Of a DNA stretch of 29,564 nucleotides, positions 8,362 to 17,500 are shown one piece after another. The stretch covers positions 1 to 29,564 of IMG/VR virus record IMGVR_UViG_3300011102_000089; one strand, written 5' to 3'. The notes under the pieces are model-generated. The model was not told the DNA's origin. It did no database searches and was given only the letters and a program-made list of their open reading frames with translations. Within the stretch, counting starts at the first letter, position 1; every line of letters begins with the position of its first letter. The translations under genes were made by a program, and so were the position numbers. The DNA comes from a virus (lineage: Duplodnaviria > Caudoviricetes).

Positions 8362-9674
8362 GCACGAGCACCCGCAAGGCTGCGCGGCCGAACTTTCGCG
8401 CCATTGTGGACGGCCTGAACTTGCAGGCTGCGATGATCGCCCCGCACTACACTGGATTGGCCGCTGCGTTGCAGGAATTGGCCGACGCCGATTACTCGCT
8501 GGAAGAAGCTGCTTGGGAAATCCGCAGGCACGAGATCGCCCAGGCTTACGGCTTTCATGGTGACAAGGCGGACAAGCCGTTCATTTTCAACGAGGGCGTG
8601 GCCATCATCCCGGTTCACGGCGTTCTGATCAATCGCTTCCCGTATTCGTGGGGCACCGTTACCGGCTACAACTTCATTCGGGCGCAGCACAAGGCCGCCC
8701 TGGCTGACGATGATGTCAAGCTGATCATCCATGACCACAACAGCTTCGGCGGCATGGTGGCTGGCTGCTTCGAGACTGTTGACCTGATCTATTCCAACCG
8801 CAGCGTTAAACCTACGCTCGCGGTTGTTGATGCGAACTCGTACTCGGCCAGCTACGCGCTGTCCAGCGCTGCGAACAAGCTGGTTGTGGTGCCTTCGGCA
8901 GGTGTCGGCAGCATTGGCGTCATGGCCATGCACATCAACTTCGGCAAGATGCTGAAGGACTTCGGAATTGAAGTCAGCCTGATATATGCGGGCAAACACA
9001 AGGTTGACGGTAATCCTTTCGAATCCCTGTCGCCTGACGTTCGCAAGAACATCCAAAGCAGCATCGACAAGAGCTACGCCGTTTTCGTCAACAGCGTGGC
9101 CCGCAATCGCAACCTTTCGGCCGACGCGGTGAAAGCGACCGAGGCGCAAACCTATGACGCCGACGATGCGCTCTCACTCGGCCTCATCGACGCTGTGCAA
9201 ACGCCTTCCGAGGCGGTTGCCGCGTACCTCGACGAGCTTTCCGGCTCGGATGACCAACAGGAGTTTGAAATGAGCAAAGCAACCACCCAGCCGGGCGCGG
9301 ACACTCAAGAGCAGCCCGTCGATCAAGCGGCTATCGCGGCGTCCGCCCGTAAAGCCGAACGCGAGCGTATGAGCGCAATCATGAACTGCGAGGAAGCCAA
9401 GGACAAGCCGAAGCTGGCCTCGCACCTGGCGATGAACACCGAAATGTCGGTGGACGAAGCCAAGGCTGTGCTCACGGCTGCTGCGCCCGAAAAGCAAGAG
9501 GCCGCAACCCCCGTTCAGTCCGACCCCCTGGCTGCCGCCATGGCTGCGACCGGATCGCCCAATGTCGGCGCCGGCGACGGTGGCACCAAGGATGAAGACC
9601 CGAACAAGTCGGCCGCCAGCCGCATCCTTTCGGCTCAGCGCGACGCCACCGGCTTCGATCCCTTCAAACAGTAA
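8358..9674 (+). CDS. Prohead protease, S49 family (lambda gpC-like), with C-terminal scaffold region
   Basis: GVAIIPVHGVL, NSFGG, SYSASY (Ser nucleophile region), GSIGV, AGKHKVDGNP and ALSLGLID. Ala-rich scaffold-like C-terminus. Confidence 0.92.
   Translation: MSTSTRKAARPNFRAIVDGLNLQAAMIAPHYTGLAAALQELADADYSLEEAAWEIRRHEIAQAYGFHGDKADKPFIFNEGVAIIPVHGVLINRFPYSWGTVTGYNFIRAQHKAALADDDVKLIIHDHNSFGGMVAGCFETVDLIYSNRSVKPTLAVVDANSYSASYALSSAANKLVVVPSAGVGSIGVMAMHINFGKMLKDFGIEVSLIYAGKHKVDGNPFESLSPDVRKNIQSSIDKSYAVFVNSVARNRNLSADAVKATEAQTYDADDALSLGLIDAVQTPSEAVAAYLDELSGSDDQQEFEMSKATTQPGADTQEQPVDQAAIAASARKAERERMSAIMNCEEAKDKPKLASHLAMNTEMSVDEAKAVLTAAAPEKQEAATPVQSDPLAAAMAATGSPNVGAGDGGTKDEDPNKSAASRILSAQRDATGFDPFKQ
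9270..9674 (+). CDS. Nested in-frame scaffolding protein (Nu3-like)
   Basis: Internal AGGAG (9259-9263) followed by an in-frame ATG at 9270, at the end of the protease domain. Confidence 0.65.
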   Translation: MSKATTQPGADTQEQPVDQAAIAASARKAERERMSAIMNCEEAKDKPKLASHLAMNTEMSVDEAKAVLTAAAPEKQEAATPVQSDPLAAAMAATGSPNVGAGDGGTKDEDPNKSAASRILSAQRDATGFDPFKQ

Positions 9675-9693
9675 TCGCCCCTAGGAGAAAACC

Positions 9694-10083
9694 ATGAGCT
9701 ACCCGAACCAAATTGCGGGCAACGGCACGATGGGCAGCTTCACTCCCTTCCACCTGTTCGCGGGTGAGAAGGAAGTGGTGACGGCGCAGCGAGCAGTCCC
9801 CGCCAATACCGAATTCGAGCAATTCGAAGTCGCCGTGGATAACGGCGGCACGCTGGCGAAGTTCACGGGGCAGGAAAGCGATCCGGTGACGCTGGTTGTC
9901 GTCGCGCAGCCGATTGCGTCCAGCGCCAACCCGCCCGCTCAGGCCCCGGTCTACGTGAGCGCCTTCTTTAACCACGAAGCGCTCGTTTGGCCCGAGGGTG
10001 TGGACACCCTGGCCGATCGCCAGGCCGCCTTCCAAGGCACTGAGATCGAAGTCGGCGCCCTGCTGGGCAGCACCGATTACTAA
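9694..10083 (+). CDS. Head decoration protein (lambda gpD-like)
   Basis: Between protease and capsid. Motif VYVSAFFNHEALVWP. Strong AGGAG SD. Confidence 0.85.
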   Translation: MSYPNQIAGNGTMGSFTPFHLFAGEKEVVTAQRAVPANTEFEQFEVAVDNGGTLAKFTGQESDPVTLVVVAQPIASSANPPAQAPVYVSAFFNHEALVWPEGVDTLADRQAAFQGTEIEVGALLGSTDY

Positions 10084-10106
10084 TCCCACTTCCAGGAGAA
10101 AGGAAA

Positions 10107-11074
10107 ATGGAAATCTACAACACCGCTGTTCTGCTGGAAGTGCTGCGGCGCCAACGCGGTATCCAGCAATACTGGCTGAATTTCTTCCCGCTCCGAACGT
10201 GCAGGGCCGCGTGCTGCGCAACCGTGGTTACACCACCAAGACCTTCAAGCCGGCCTATGTGAAGCCGAAGCACGTCGTCGATCCGTCCCAGGCGATCCCC
10301 CGCATGGCCGGTGAAGACTTCGGTGGTTCTCTGAGCCTGGCTCAGCGTTTTGACGCCCGCGTGGCCGAGAACTTGCGCATCGAGCGTCAGATGATCGAAA
10401 ACCGCTGGGAGTGGATGGCTGCTCGTGCGGTGATCGACGGTGCCGTGACGGTCGCGGGTGACGACTACACGACTACTACTGTCGATTTCGGCCGCGATCC
10501 TTCGCTGACCGTGACGCTGACCGGCAGCGCCCGCTGGGGCGAGTCTGCCGCCAATCCGCTGCGCGACATTGAAGAGCTGCGCCGTCTGGTACACGATCTT
10601 TCGTCCAGCACCATCACCCGCCTGACGTTCGGTCTGAACGCCTGGGATTTGTTCACCCAGGACGAGCGCGTGCTGAAGCTGCTCGACACCCGCTATCGCG
10701 GCAGCGAGAGCGAGTACAACCGCGCCGTGGCGGAAGGGGTTCCGATGGAATATCGCGGCCGTATCTCGGGTCAGAACGGCATGGGTTCGCTGGAACTGTG
10801 GACCTACAGCCAGAAGTACCGCGATCAGAGCGGCTCTCTTGTCGATTTCCTCGACCCCGACCTGGTGGTCGGTACGGGCGGCGGCCTGCAAGGTGTCCGC
10901 TGCTTCGGCGCCATCATGGACAAGCGTGCCGGTCTGCGTGCGCTGCCCATGTTCCCGAAGATGTGGGACGAGGAAGACCCGAGCGTCACCTACACGATGA
11001 CGCAGAGCGCCCCGCTGATGGTCCCGGTTGAGCCGAACGCCAGCTTCGCGCTGCGCGTGACCGGCTCGGTGTAA
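10107..11074 (+). pseudogene. Major capsid protein (lambda gpE family), disrupted near 10190 by a frameshifting deletion
   Basis: A strong SD and ATG 10107 give MEIYNTAVLLEVLRRQRGIQQYWLNFFP, then a stop at 10260-10262. The gpE-like body (APNVQGRVLRNRGYTTKTFKPAYVKPKH...DFGRD...MTQSAPLMVP) resumes in the -1 frame at 10190. Confidence 0.85.
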
Positions 11075-11086
11075 GCGGCAGACGGA

Positions 11087-11119
11087 CCCCACCCGGCCCG
11101 GCGCTGGGTGGGGCTTTTT
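11087..11119 (+). terminator. Rho-independent terminator after the capsid gene
   Basis: Stem CCCCACCCGG / CTGGGTGGGG (10 bp, one G-U pair), 7-nt loop, followed by CTTTTT. Confidence 0.85.
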
Positions 11120-11143
11120 CAAACGATTTCTAGGAGTACAGCC

Positions 11144-11509
11144 ATGCCCCAACGGCTGATCAAAGAAGGCATTCTGGTACTGCGCAACGGAAAGCGTGTG
11201 CGCCCGGCAATCGGCAAGGTCTTCGATCTCACCGAGGAAGAAATTCGTCAACTTGAAGCGGTGCGACCCCAGGCTATCGCCAAGATCGGCGGCATCGAGA
11301 AAGACCCGCAGTCTGTGGCCGTGCCCGAGAAGGCCAGCAGTGATGAAGTCCAGGAAACCCAGGAAGCACCCCTGGCCGACATGAGCAAGGACGAACTGCT
11401 CGCCCTGGCCGCCAAGATGGGCCTGGATGTTCGTAAGAACGCCAGCAAGGACACCCTGATCGAGGCGATCGAATCTGCTCGCGATCAGTCTGCCGACGAC
11501 GACCTCTGA
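11144..11509 (+). CDS. gpFI-position protein with a C-terminal HeH/Rho-N-like motif
   Basis: AGGAG SD before ATG 11144. C-terminal LADMSKDELLALAAKMGLDVRKNASKDTLIEAI. Position after the capsid gene. Confidence 0.65.
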   Translation: MPQRLIKEGILVLRNGKRVRPAIGKVFDLTEEEIRQLEAVRPQAIAKIGGIEKDPQSVAVPEKASSDEVQETQEAPLADMSKDELLALAAKMGLDVRKNASKDTLIEAIESARDQSADDDL

Positions 11510-11526
11510 TCGGAGACGGGCTTGCA

Positions 11527-11916
11527 ATGTCAGACTTGCGCGAAATCAAGCGGGAAGCGCGGCGTGCTTTGCACGACCTGATGTCCATTCCGATGCAGTA
11601 TTACTCTGCATCGGGCGAGCAGCCCGTCGAGGTTCGCGCTCGTCTGCATTACAAGTTCACACTGATCGGTGATGACCGCAGCATGGGGTGGGCGGAAATC
11701 CACTCCATAAACCCCCGTCTCATCTTCCTACCCGCCGAGCTTCCCGATGGCGTCACGCTCGAACGCGGGGCCATTCTCTACGTGCAACCGGGCGAAGCTT
11801 ATCGGATCGACAACACCGATCCGACCGATGACATCTCCGTGACCGTATCGGCAGCCCGTCTGTCCAAGGATCAGTACGAGAAAGCGGGCTTGCCGCCCGT
11901 GGAGTCTGCGCCATGA
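11527..11916 (+). CDS. Head-tail adaptor/closure protein (gpFII position)
   Basis: GGAG SD, synteny, and a beta-rich small protein (LERGAILYV..GEAYRIDNT.P.D). Confidence 0.65.
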   Translation: MSDLREIKREARRALHDLMSIPMQYYSASGEQPVEVRARLHYKFTLIGDDRSMGWAEIHSINPRLIFLPAELPDGVTLERGAILYVQPGEAYRIDNTDPTDDISVTVSAARLSKDQYEKAGLPPVESAP

Positions 11917-12530
11917 GGGTCTTCGAAGTCACTTTGGAGGGGATCGACGATCTCCCCAATTTCGAAGATGCACCCGAGAAGATCGCCCGGTATGCTCGCA
12001 TGGCTATAAACCGGGCCGCTGAGCGCGCTCGTGTGTGGGGTGCGAAGGAAATCCGCACCCAGGTCAACTTCCCGGCAAGCTACCTGAGCGGCAAGGACTC
12101 CCGCCTCTACATCCGCAAGCGGGCCGTGGGCGACAACCTGGAAGCGATCATCACAGGTCGCTTCCGCCCTACCTCGCTCGCCCGGTTCGTCAAGGGGAGC
12201 AACCTGCGCCCCGGCCGCCGCACAACGCCACTCACCGTGGAAGTACGCCCCGGCGAGGCTCGGCGGTTGAAGGGGGCGTTTCTTGTCAAGTTGCGTGCCG
12301 GCAACGTGCGCACCGACACGCAGTACAACCTTGGTTTGGCGATCCGCTTGCAACCTGGCCAGCGGCCGCGTGAGAGCCGAGGCGCCGTGCAGTTGGACCG
12401 CAACGTGTGGCTGCTCTACGGGCCGTCCGTGAACCAGGTGTGGAACACCGTCCGCGAAGACATCGCGCCGAAGACCGAGGAATTCCTGCGCAACGAGTTC
12501 AACCGCCTGCTTGGCGTGGAGGGTTTGTGA
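11913..12530 (+). CDS. Neck/tail completion protein (gpZ-like)
   Basis: Basic protein with ARMAINRAAERAR, PTSLARF and LLYGPSVNQV. ATGA-coupled; synteny. Confidence 0.7.
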   Translation: MRVFEVTLEGIDDLPNFEDAPEKIARYARMAINRAAERARVWGAKEIRTQVNFPASYLSGKDSRLYIRKRAVGDNLEAIITGRFRPTSLARFVKGSNLRPGRRTTPLTVEVRPGEARRLKGAFLVKLRAGNVRTDTQYNLGLAIRLQPGQRPRESRGAVQLDRNVWLLYGPSVNQVWNTVREDIAPKTEEFLRNEFNRLLGVEGL

Positions 12531-13039
12531 TGGCTCAGGAGCCGTTCCGTCTGCGTGTTGTGAAAGCCCTTTGCCAGGTGTTCGAAGGGATCACCGTGGC
12601 CAATGGCTACAACTTCGACATGGAAGGCCGGGTGTTCCGTGGTCGGTTGTTCTTTGGCGACAACGACCCGATCCCAATGATTTCGGTGCTGGAAGCGCCG
12701 CTGCCCGACGAACCAGATTTCACACCGCCGAGCGGCGACACTTGGACCGGCACCTGGCGTTTCATGATTCAAGGCTGGGTGACGGATGATCCAAAGAATC
12801 CGACCGACCCTGCACATTTCCTGCTGGCCGACGTGAAGAAGGCGTTGGCGATCGAGCGCAAGAATATGATCCGGCCTGGTCGAGGAAACAACTTGCTCGG
12901 GATGGAAGGTCGTGTGCTCGATCTAGTAATCGGCGCCAATGTCGTAAGACCTGCTGAAGAACATGTCAATGATTACGCCAACTTCCTGTTGGCACTAACG
13001 CTAGAAATAGCGGAAAATATGGCCGATCCCTACCAATAG
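12530..13039 (+). CDS. Tail terminator protein (gpU position)
   Basis: TGATG coupling and GGAGG SD. Motifs ITVANGY..D...VFRGR..FG and DPAHFLLADVKKAL. Precedes the tail tube gene. Confidence 0.7.
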   Translation: MAQEPFRLRVVKALCQVFEGITVANGYNFDMEGRVFRGRLFFGDNDPIPMISVLEAPLPDEPDFTPPSGDTWTGTWRFMIQGWVTDDPKNPTDPAHFLLADVKKALAIERKNMIRPGRGNNLLGMEGRVLDLVIGANVVRPAEEHVNDYANFLLALTLEIAENMADPYQ

Positions 13040-13086
13040 AGGGTGAAACCATTTCTTTTTTGTTCAACAGACTGTGAGGAAAAATC

Positions 13087-13872
13087 ATGGAACAGATGAA
13101 CTACACCCTCGGTCGCGGGGAACTGTACTTCAACAAGTTCAAACCCGGCACCATGTCCGGCATCGGTGAACGCTATTTCGGCAACACCCCGGAAATCAGC
13201 ACCAGCATCGAAAGTGAAACGCTGGACCACTTCAACAGCGATCGTGGCGTGCGCGAGAAGGACGATTCCGTCATCCTCGAAACCAACCGCACGATGACCT
13301 TTGTTACGGACCACATCAGCCCGCAAAACCTGGCCCTGTTCTACCTGGGCGCGGTTGATGCGCTGACGGTAACGGGAGCGACGGCTGAGGAAGAAACCTT
13401 CGAGGACGTGACGCCGGGCCTGTTCTATCAACTCGGCGTGACCCAAGCCAACCCGACCGGCGCTCGGCTGGTTTCGAACGTGGTCGTGACTGACGACGAC
13501 GATGCCACCCCGACGACTTTTGTTGAAGGGACCGACTATGCCGTGAACGCGGAACTCGGCCGCATCGAAATCCTGGAAGGTGGCTCCATCAGCCAGGGTA
13601 CGAACATCGTTGTGACCTACGACGTGGCCGCGTCCACTCGCGAAGTGGTGATCTCCGGTGCTTCCGCTATCGAAGGTTCCCTGCGTTACGTCGCTCAGAA
13701 CCCGAAGGGCAAGCAGATCGACTACTTCTTCCCCTACGTGAAGATCAGCCCCAACGGCGATTTCGCGCTCAAGGGCGACGAGTGGCAGCAAATCCCTTTC
13801 ACGGTCGAAATCCTGCGTCGTCAGGGTTACGAAGCCATCTACGCCACCAGCCGTGCCACGGCTTCGTCCTGA
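13087..13872 (+). CDS. Major tail tube protein
   Basis: NYTLGRGELYF, YFGNTPE, GSLRYVAQNPKG and PNGDFALKGDEWQQIPF. GAGG SD; synteny. Confidence 0.85.
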   Translation: MEQMNYTLGRGELYFNKFKPGTMSGIGERYFGNTPEISTSIESETLDHFNSDRGVREKDDSVILETNRTMTFVTDHISPQNLALFYLGAVDALTVTGATAEEETFEDVTPGLFYQLGVTQANPTGARLVSNVVVTDDDDATPTTFVEGTDYAVNAELGRIEILEGGSISQGTNIVVTYDVAASTREVVISGASAIEGSLRYVAQNPKGKQIDYFFPYVKISPNGDFALKGDEWQQIPFTVEILRRQGYEAIYATSRATASS

Positions 13873-13887
13873 TAAGGGGTTTCGGCA

Positions 13888-14307
13888 ATGGGATTGAAAG
13901 ACCTCAAACTCCCGACCGCCGAAATCGAGGTTCCCGGCAGTGGCTCGTTCACTGTCCGGGGCCTCTCTTTCGTCGATCTGCGGACACTATCGCTGAAGTA
14001 TTCGGCTGAAATTACTTCGGTGTTCGAACTGCTGGCGCAAGGACGTAGCGGCAATGTGGACGTTGAAAATGCGGCCGCTCTTGCCGCGCATCTCATCCAA
14101 CAGGCGCCAGCCCTGGCTGCCGAAATCATCGCCATTGCAAGCGGAGAAGACGACGCTTTCGAATACGCATTGGCGCTTCCCTTCCCCATCCAAGTCGAAG
14201 CCTTGAAGAAAATCGGGCTGCTGACTTTTGCGACGGAAGATAGCGCAAAAAAGTTCGCAGCGACCGTCAACAGCCTGTTGCAGGGCGAGGACAGCAAGAA
14301 AGGCTGA
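13888..14307 (+). CDS. Tail assembly chaperone (gpG-like)
   Basis: Between the tail tube and tape measure genes. Contains an in-frame A AAA AAG slippery heptamer. Confidence 0.8.
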   Translation: MGLKDLKLPTAEIEVPGSGSFTVRGLSFVDLRTLSLKYSAEITSVFELLAQGRSGNVDVENAAALAAHLIQQAPALAAEIIAIASGEDDAFEYALALPFPIQVEALKKIGLLTFATEDSAKKFAATVNSLLQGEDSKKG

Positions 14308-14561
14308 CCTTCAAGACCTGGCTATGGGGAATCCGGCGCCAGGTCAGCCTTCTGCTCGCAGAGGGCCATGTTGATGCCCAGCATTATCCGATCGGGATGG
14401 TGTGGGATGAGGCGGCCCTGGTGGTCGAACGACGCAACCGGGAACACGCCACGAATGCCACCCTGATGCAGTTGGCGGTCGTATCCGTCTTGTCGAAGGA
14501 AGGCAGGAAGGAATTCAAGAACGTTATCAAAAGGCTGAACGACAGTGGCTACGAAGGGTGA
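13888..14561 (+). CDS. Tail assembly chaperone gpGT fusion (via -1 frameshift; absent from the ORF track)
   Basis: The -1 frame reads KVRSDRQQPVAGRGQQERLTFKTWLWGIRRQVSLLLAEGHVDAQHYPIGMVWDEA...RLNDSGYEG* and fills the gap up to the tape measure gene. Confidence 0.8.
14247..14253 (+). other. Programmed -1 ribosomal frameshift site A AAA AAG
   Basis: gcA AAA AAG is correctly phased in the G frame. The -1 frame stays open to TGA at 14559-14561. Confidence 0.85.
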
Positions 14562-17500
14562 TGTCGATCTCGTAATCAGGGCGCGAAACGAAGCCGGAAA
14601 GGCCCTTGAGGCCGTAACCAAGGCCCTGAATGACCTGGCCGATCAACAGGCCGACATAAGCGCCTCGTCTGAAAAGGCGGGTAGCGCCCTGGCCAACTTT
14701 GCGAAGGTGGCCGCCACTGTCGGGAACGCCTACAACAAGATCACAACCGACGCTGACAAGGCGGCTCAATCCATCGCCAGGCAGGAAAAGAACCTGGCTG
14801 AAACCCAGGCGGCTTACCAGGCCCTCGTGGCGCAATTGGAAGCTGCCACCCGTGTGCAGGCCCGGCTGCGCCGGGAGAGCGAACAGGAAGGCGCCGACAA
14901 GCAGAAGCTTTCCGCTCAACTGAAGCTGGTCGGCAAGGCCTATGCGGACCTGGAAGCTCAGGTGCAGCGGACTGCTCAGCGTGTCGCGCAACAAGAGGCT
15001 GCTTACAGACAGTCGTTCTATGCCCTTCAGGAAATCACGGGCAGCGCGGACCAGGCAAAAGCCGCTCTCGATCGCGTTCGCGAGGCTCAAGACCGGGCTG
15101 CGAAGTCCGCAGCCGATGCTGCCGCCAAGGAAGCCCAGCTTGCCGCGCAGCAAGAACGTCTTGCGCAGGTGGCGGCCCGTCGATCGGCGTTGGAACTACG
15201 CCGTTCGATGATGGAAGCGGCAACCTCGTCTCAGACGGCTTGGCGTGATGCTCAGGAAGGTATTCGTCGCCTGGCTCAGGAGATCGGCAAAGCCGGCGCC
15301 CAGACGAGCGAGCAAGTCGCCAAGATGGCGGCGCTTGCAAATACGGCACGGGCCAACAAGCAGGCGTATAGCGAAATCCGTGTTGCCATCGAGCAGTACA
15401 CTCGCGTGCTGCGCGATCAAAGCGCTACCCAGCAGCAGGTGGCAGCAGCGCAGGAGCGTGCTCGCGCAGCACTAGCCGGTGTGCGCAATGCGATGACCGG
15501 CATTGCCTCGTCTGCTCGCTCCACGGCGAATGAGCAAAACAATCTCGCCAATTCTTCGCGGAAAGCCGCCGATGCGACGACGCAACTCGATCGCAGTCTG
15601 CAAAGCTTGTTCGCCAACTCGCGTCGGTCGCTGTCGCTGTACCAACGCCTGCGCGGTCAGGTGTTGTCGCTGACCAGTTCGTATATCGGCCTGTACGGCG
15701 CGATCAATGGGGTCAACCAGGCCATCCAGGCTTCGATGGCCATGCAGGCCGTTGAGTCTCGCCTGAACGTCGTGACGGGCGGCAATGCGGGTGAGACCGC
15801 TGCTCAGATGCAGTGGATCAAAAGTGAGGCCGACAGGCTGGGCTTTTCAATCGAAACACTAGCTGGCGAGTGGTCGAAGTTCGCGGTGTCGGCTCAAGCC
15901 TCGAACTTCACTATGGCTGAAACGCGGAAGATTTTCACTTCCGTGGCCGAAGCCGGCCGTGTTCTCAAGCTGAACAGCCAGCAGGTCGAACGTGCCTTTG
16001 TCGCCATCACGCAGATGATGTCGAAGGGCACGATCCAGATGGAAGAACTTCGGCAGCAATTGGGTGAGCACATCCCTGGTGCGTTCGCCTTGATGGCCGA
16101 AGCGGTGGGGGTTTCCGGCGCTGAACTGACGAAAATGATGGAGCAGGGGGAGCTTACCTCTGACGCCCTGCTCAAGTTTGCTGACGTTCTCGATAAGCGT
16201 TTTGGCTCACAGCTTGAAAAGTCGTTGCAACTGACCCAGGCGGAAATGGGTCGCTTCCAGACGGCCTTGACGTTGGCGCTGAACGACATCGCCAACGCCG
16301 GCATTATCGATGAGTTCACCAACGCGCTTCGCCAGCTTACCGAGATGTTGCGCAGCGCCGAGGCACAAGTTTGGTTCGATCGGATCGGTGCCGCAGTCGG
16401 CGGGGTGATCCGGGCGCTGATGTCGCTCTTGGAAAACCTAGATCTGATCCTGGCCGCTCTGACTGCGTTGGGGGCGGCTCGTGGCGTCGGGTACGTGTAT
16501 GCGCTGCGCAAGGCATTTAGCGATGCGATCCTGGAGATTCGCACGGCGACGACTGCCGCTGCTGGCCTGCGCACCGTTTTGGCGGGTATTGGCGGGCCGG
16601 CCGGCCTCGCCATCAGCCTACTGGCTGGGGCATTCGCCTTCCTGTCCACCAGGGTCAGTGAGGCCGAGAAGTCCATGCATTCTGCCGCAGAGGCAGTCGG
16701 TCGGATCACCAATGCCTACCGTGAAGGTGCCAAGTCGGCCGAGGAATGGACGAAGGCCTTGCAGGGCATGTCCGAGCTTGAGCTTGACCGTGATCTTCGA
16801 AATCTGCGCAGGAAGCTGGAAGACGAACTTCGGGACATTGTTCAGCCGTTTGGTCGCAGCTTCATGACCCGCGCGCGGGCGTCGGACTCCCCGCTGAAGG
16901 ATGTCTTCGAGGAAATCAACGGTCTCGTCGAACAGGCCCGCAATGGGAAAATTCCCCTGGCGGAATTCAAGAAGCGCCTGGATGAGATCGCGCAGACGCA
17001 CCCACAATTCCGGGACTTGGCCTTGCGTTTGCAAGAGTCCACTGCTGAGGCCCAGAAGACTGAAGACGCGCTGCGCAAGCTGGAAGCGTCTATCCGCCTG
17101 ATGCGTGGCGAGGCGACCGAGGCTGACCGCGATCTGCTCGGCCTGCCGAAGGCTCTCGACGACACGGCCGATGCTGCTGAGCGTGGGGCTTCTGCGCTTG
17201 AAAAATACACGAAAGCCATGGACGAGCTTCGGAAGATGGTCCCGAGGCTCAAGAAGGAACTCGAATTTCAAACCAACCTGGCCAAGGTCACGAGCAACCT
17301 TCAAGAGGCGCTAGATGCGATCGGGCAGCGTGAAGCCCGTGGTGAGCTTACGCCGGCACAGGCTGCGCAATTGCGCCAGGAAGCAATGGACATCGCCAGC
17401 CAGGCGACTCAGGAACTCAAGCGCGGCTTCGACGAGGCGATCATTCGTGAGTTTTCGCAAACTCGCGGCGATGCCTTGCTCAAGTCGGTCAATCTGCTCA

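Noticed and set aside
9998-10189. ORF-track N-terminus of the 358-aa capsid ORF (GTG 9998)
   Set aside because: It overlaps the decorator gene out of frame and is not capsid-like. The true N-terminus is in another frame at ATG 10107 behind a strong SD.
10179-10192. Programmed -1 frameshift as a full explanation of the capsid break
   Set aside because: AAT TTC TTC CCG is not an X XXY YYZ heptamer, a major capsid needs very high expression, and about 25 conserved residues would still be missing.
10115-11527. 470-aa antisense ORF and other long minus-strand ORFs (e.g. 958-1743, 4858-5667, 6601-7431, 8319-9149, 13030-13791, 15894-16712)
   Set aside because: These are shadow ORFs opposite well-supported GC-rich genes, with no recognisable motifs.
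12989-13062. Promoter or terminator before the tail tube gene (TTGGCA-N18-GAAAAT; GGT-gaa-ACC plus T-run)
   Set aside because: The -10 match is poor and the stem is only about 3 bp, so there is not enough support.
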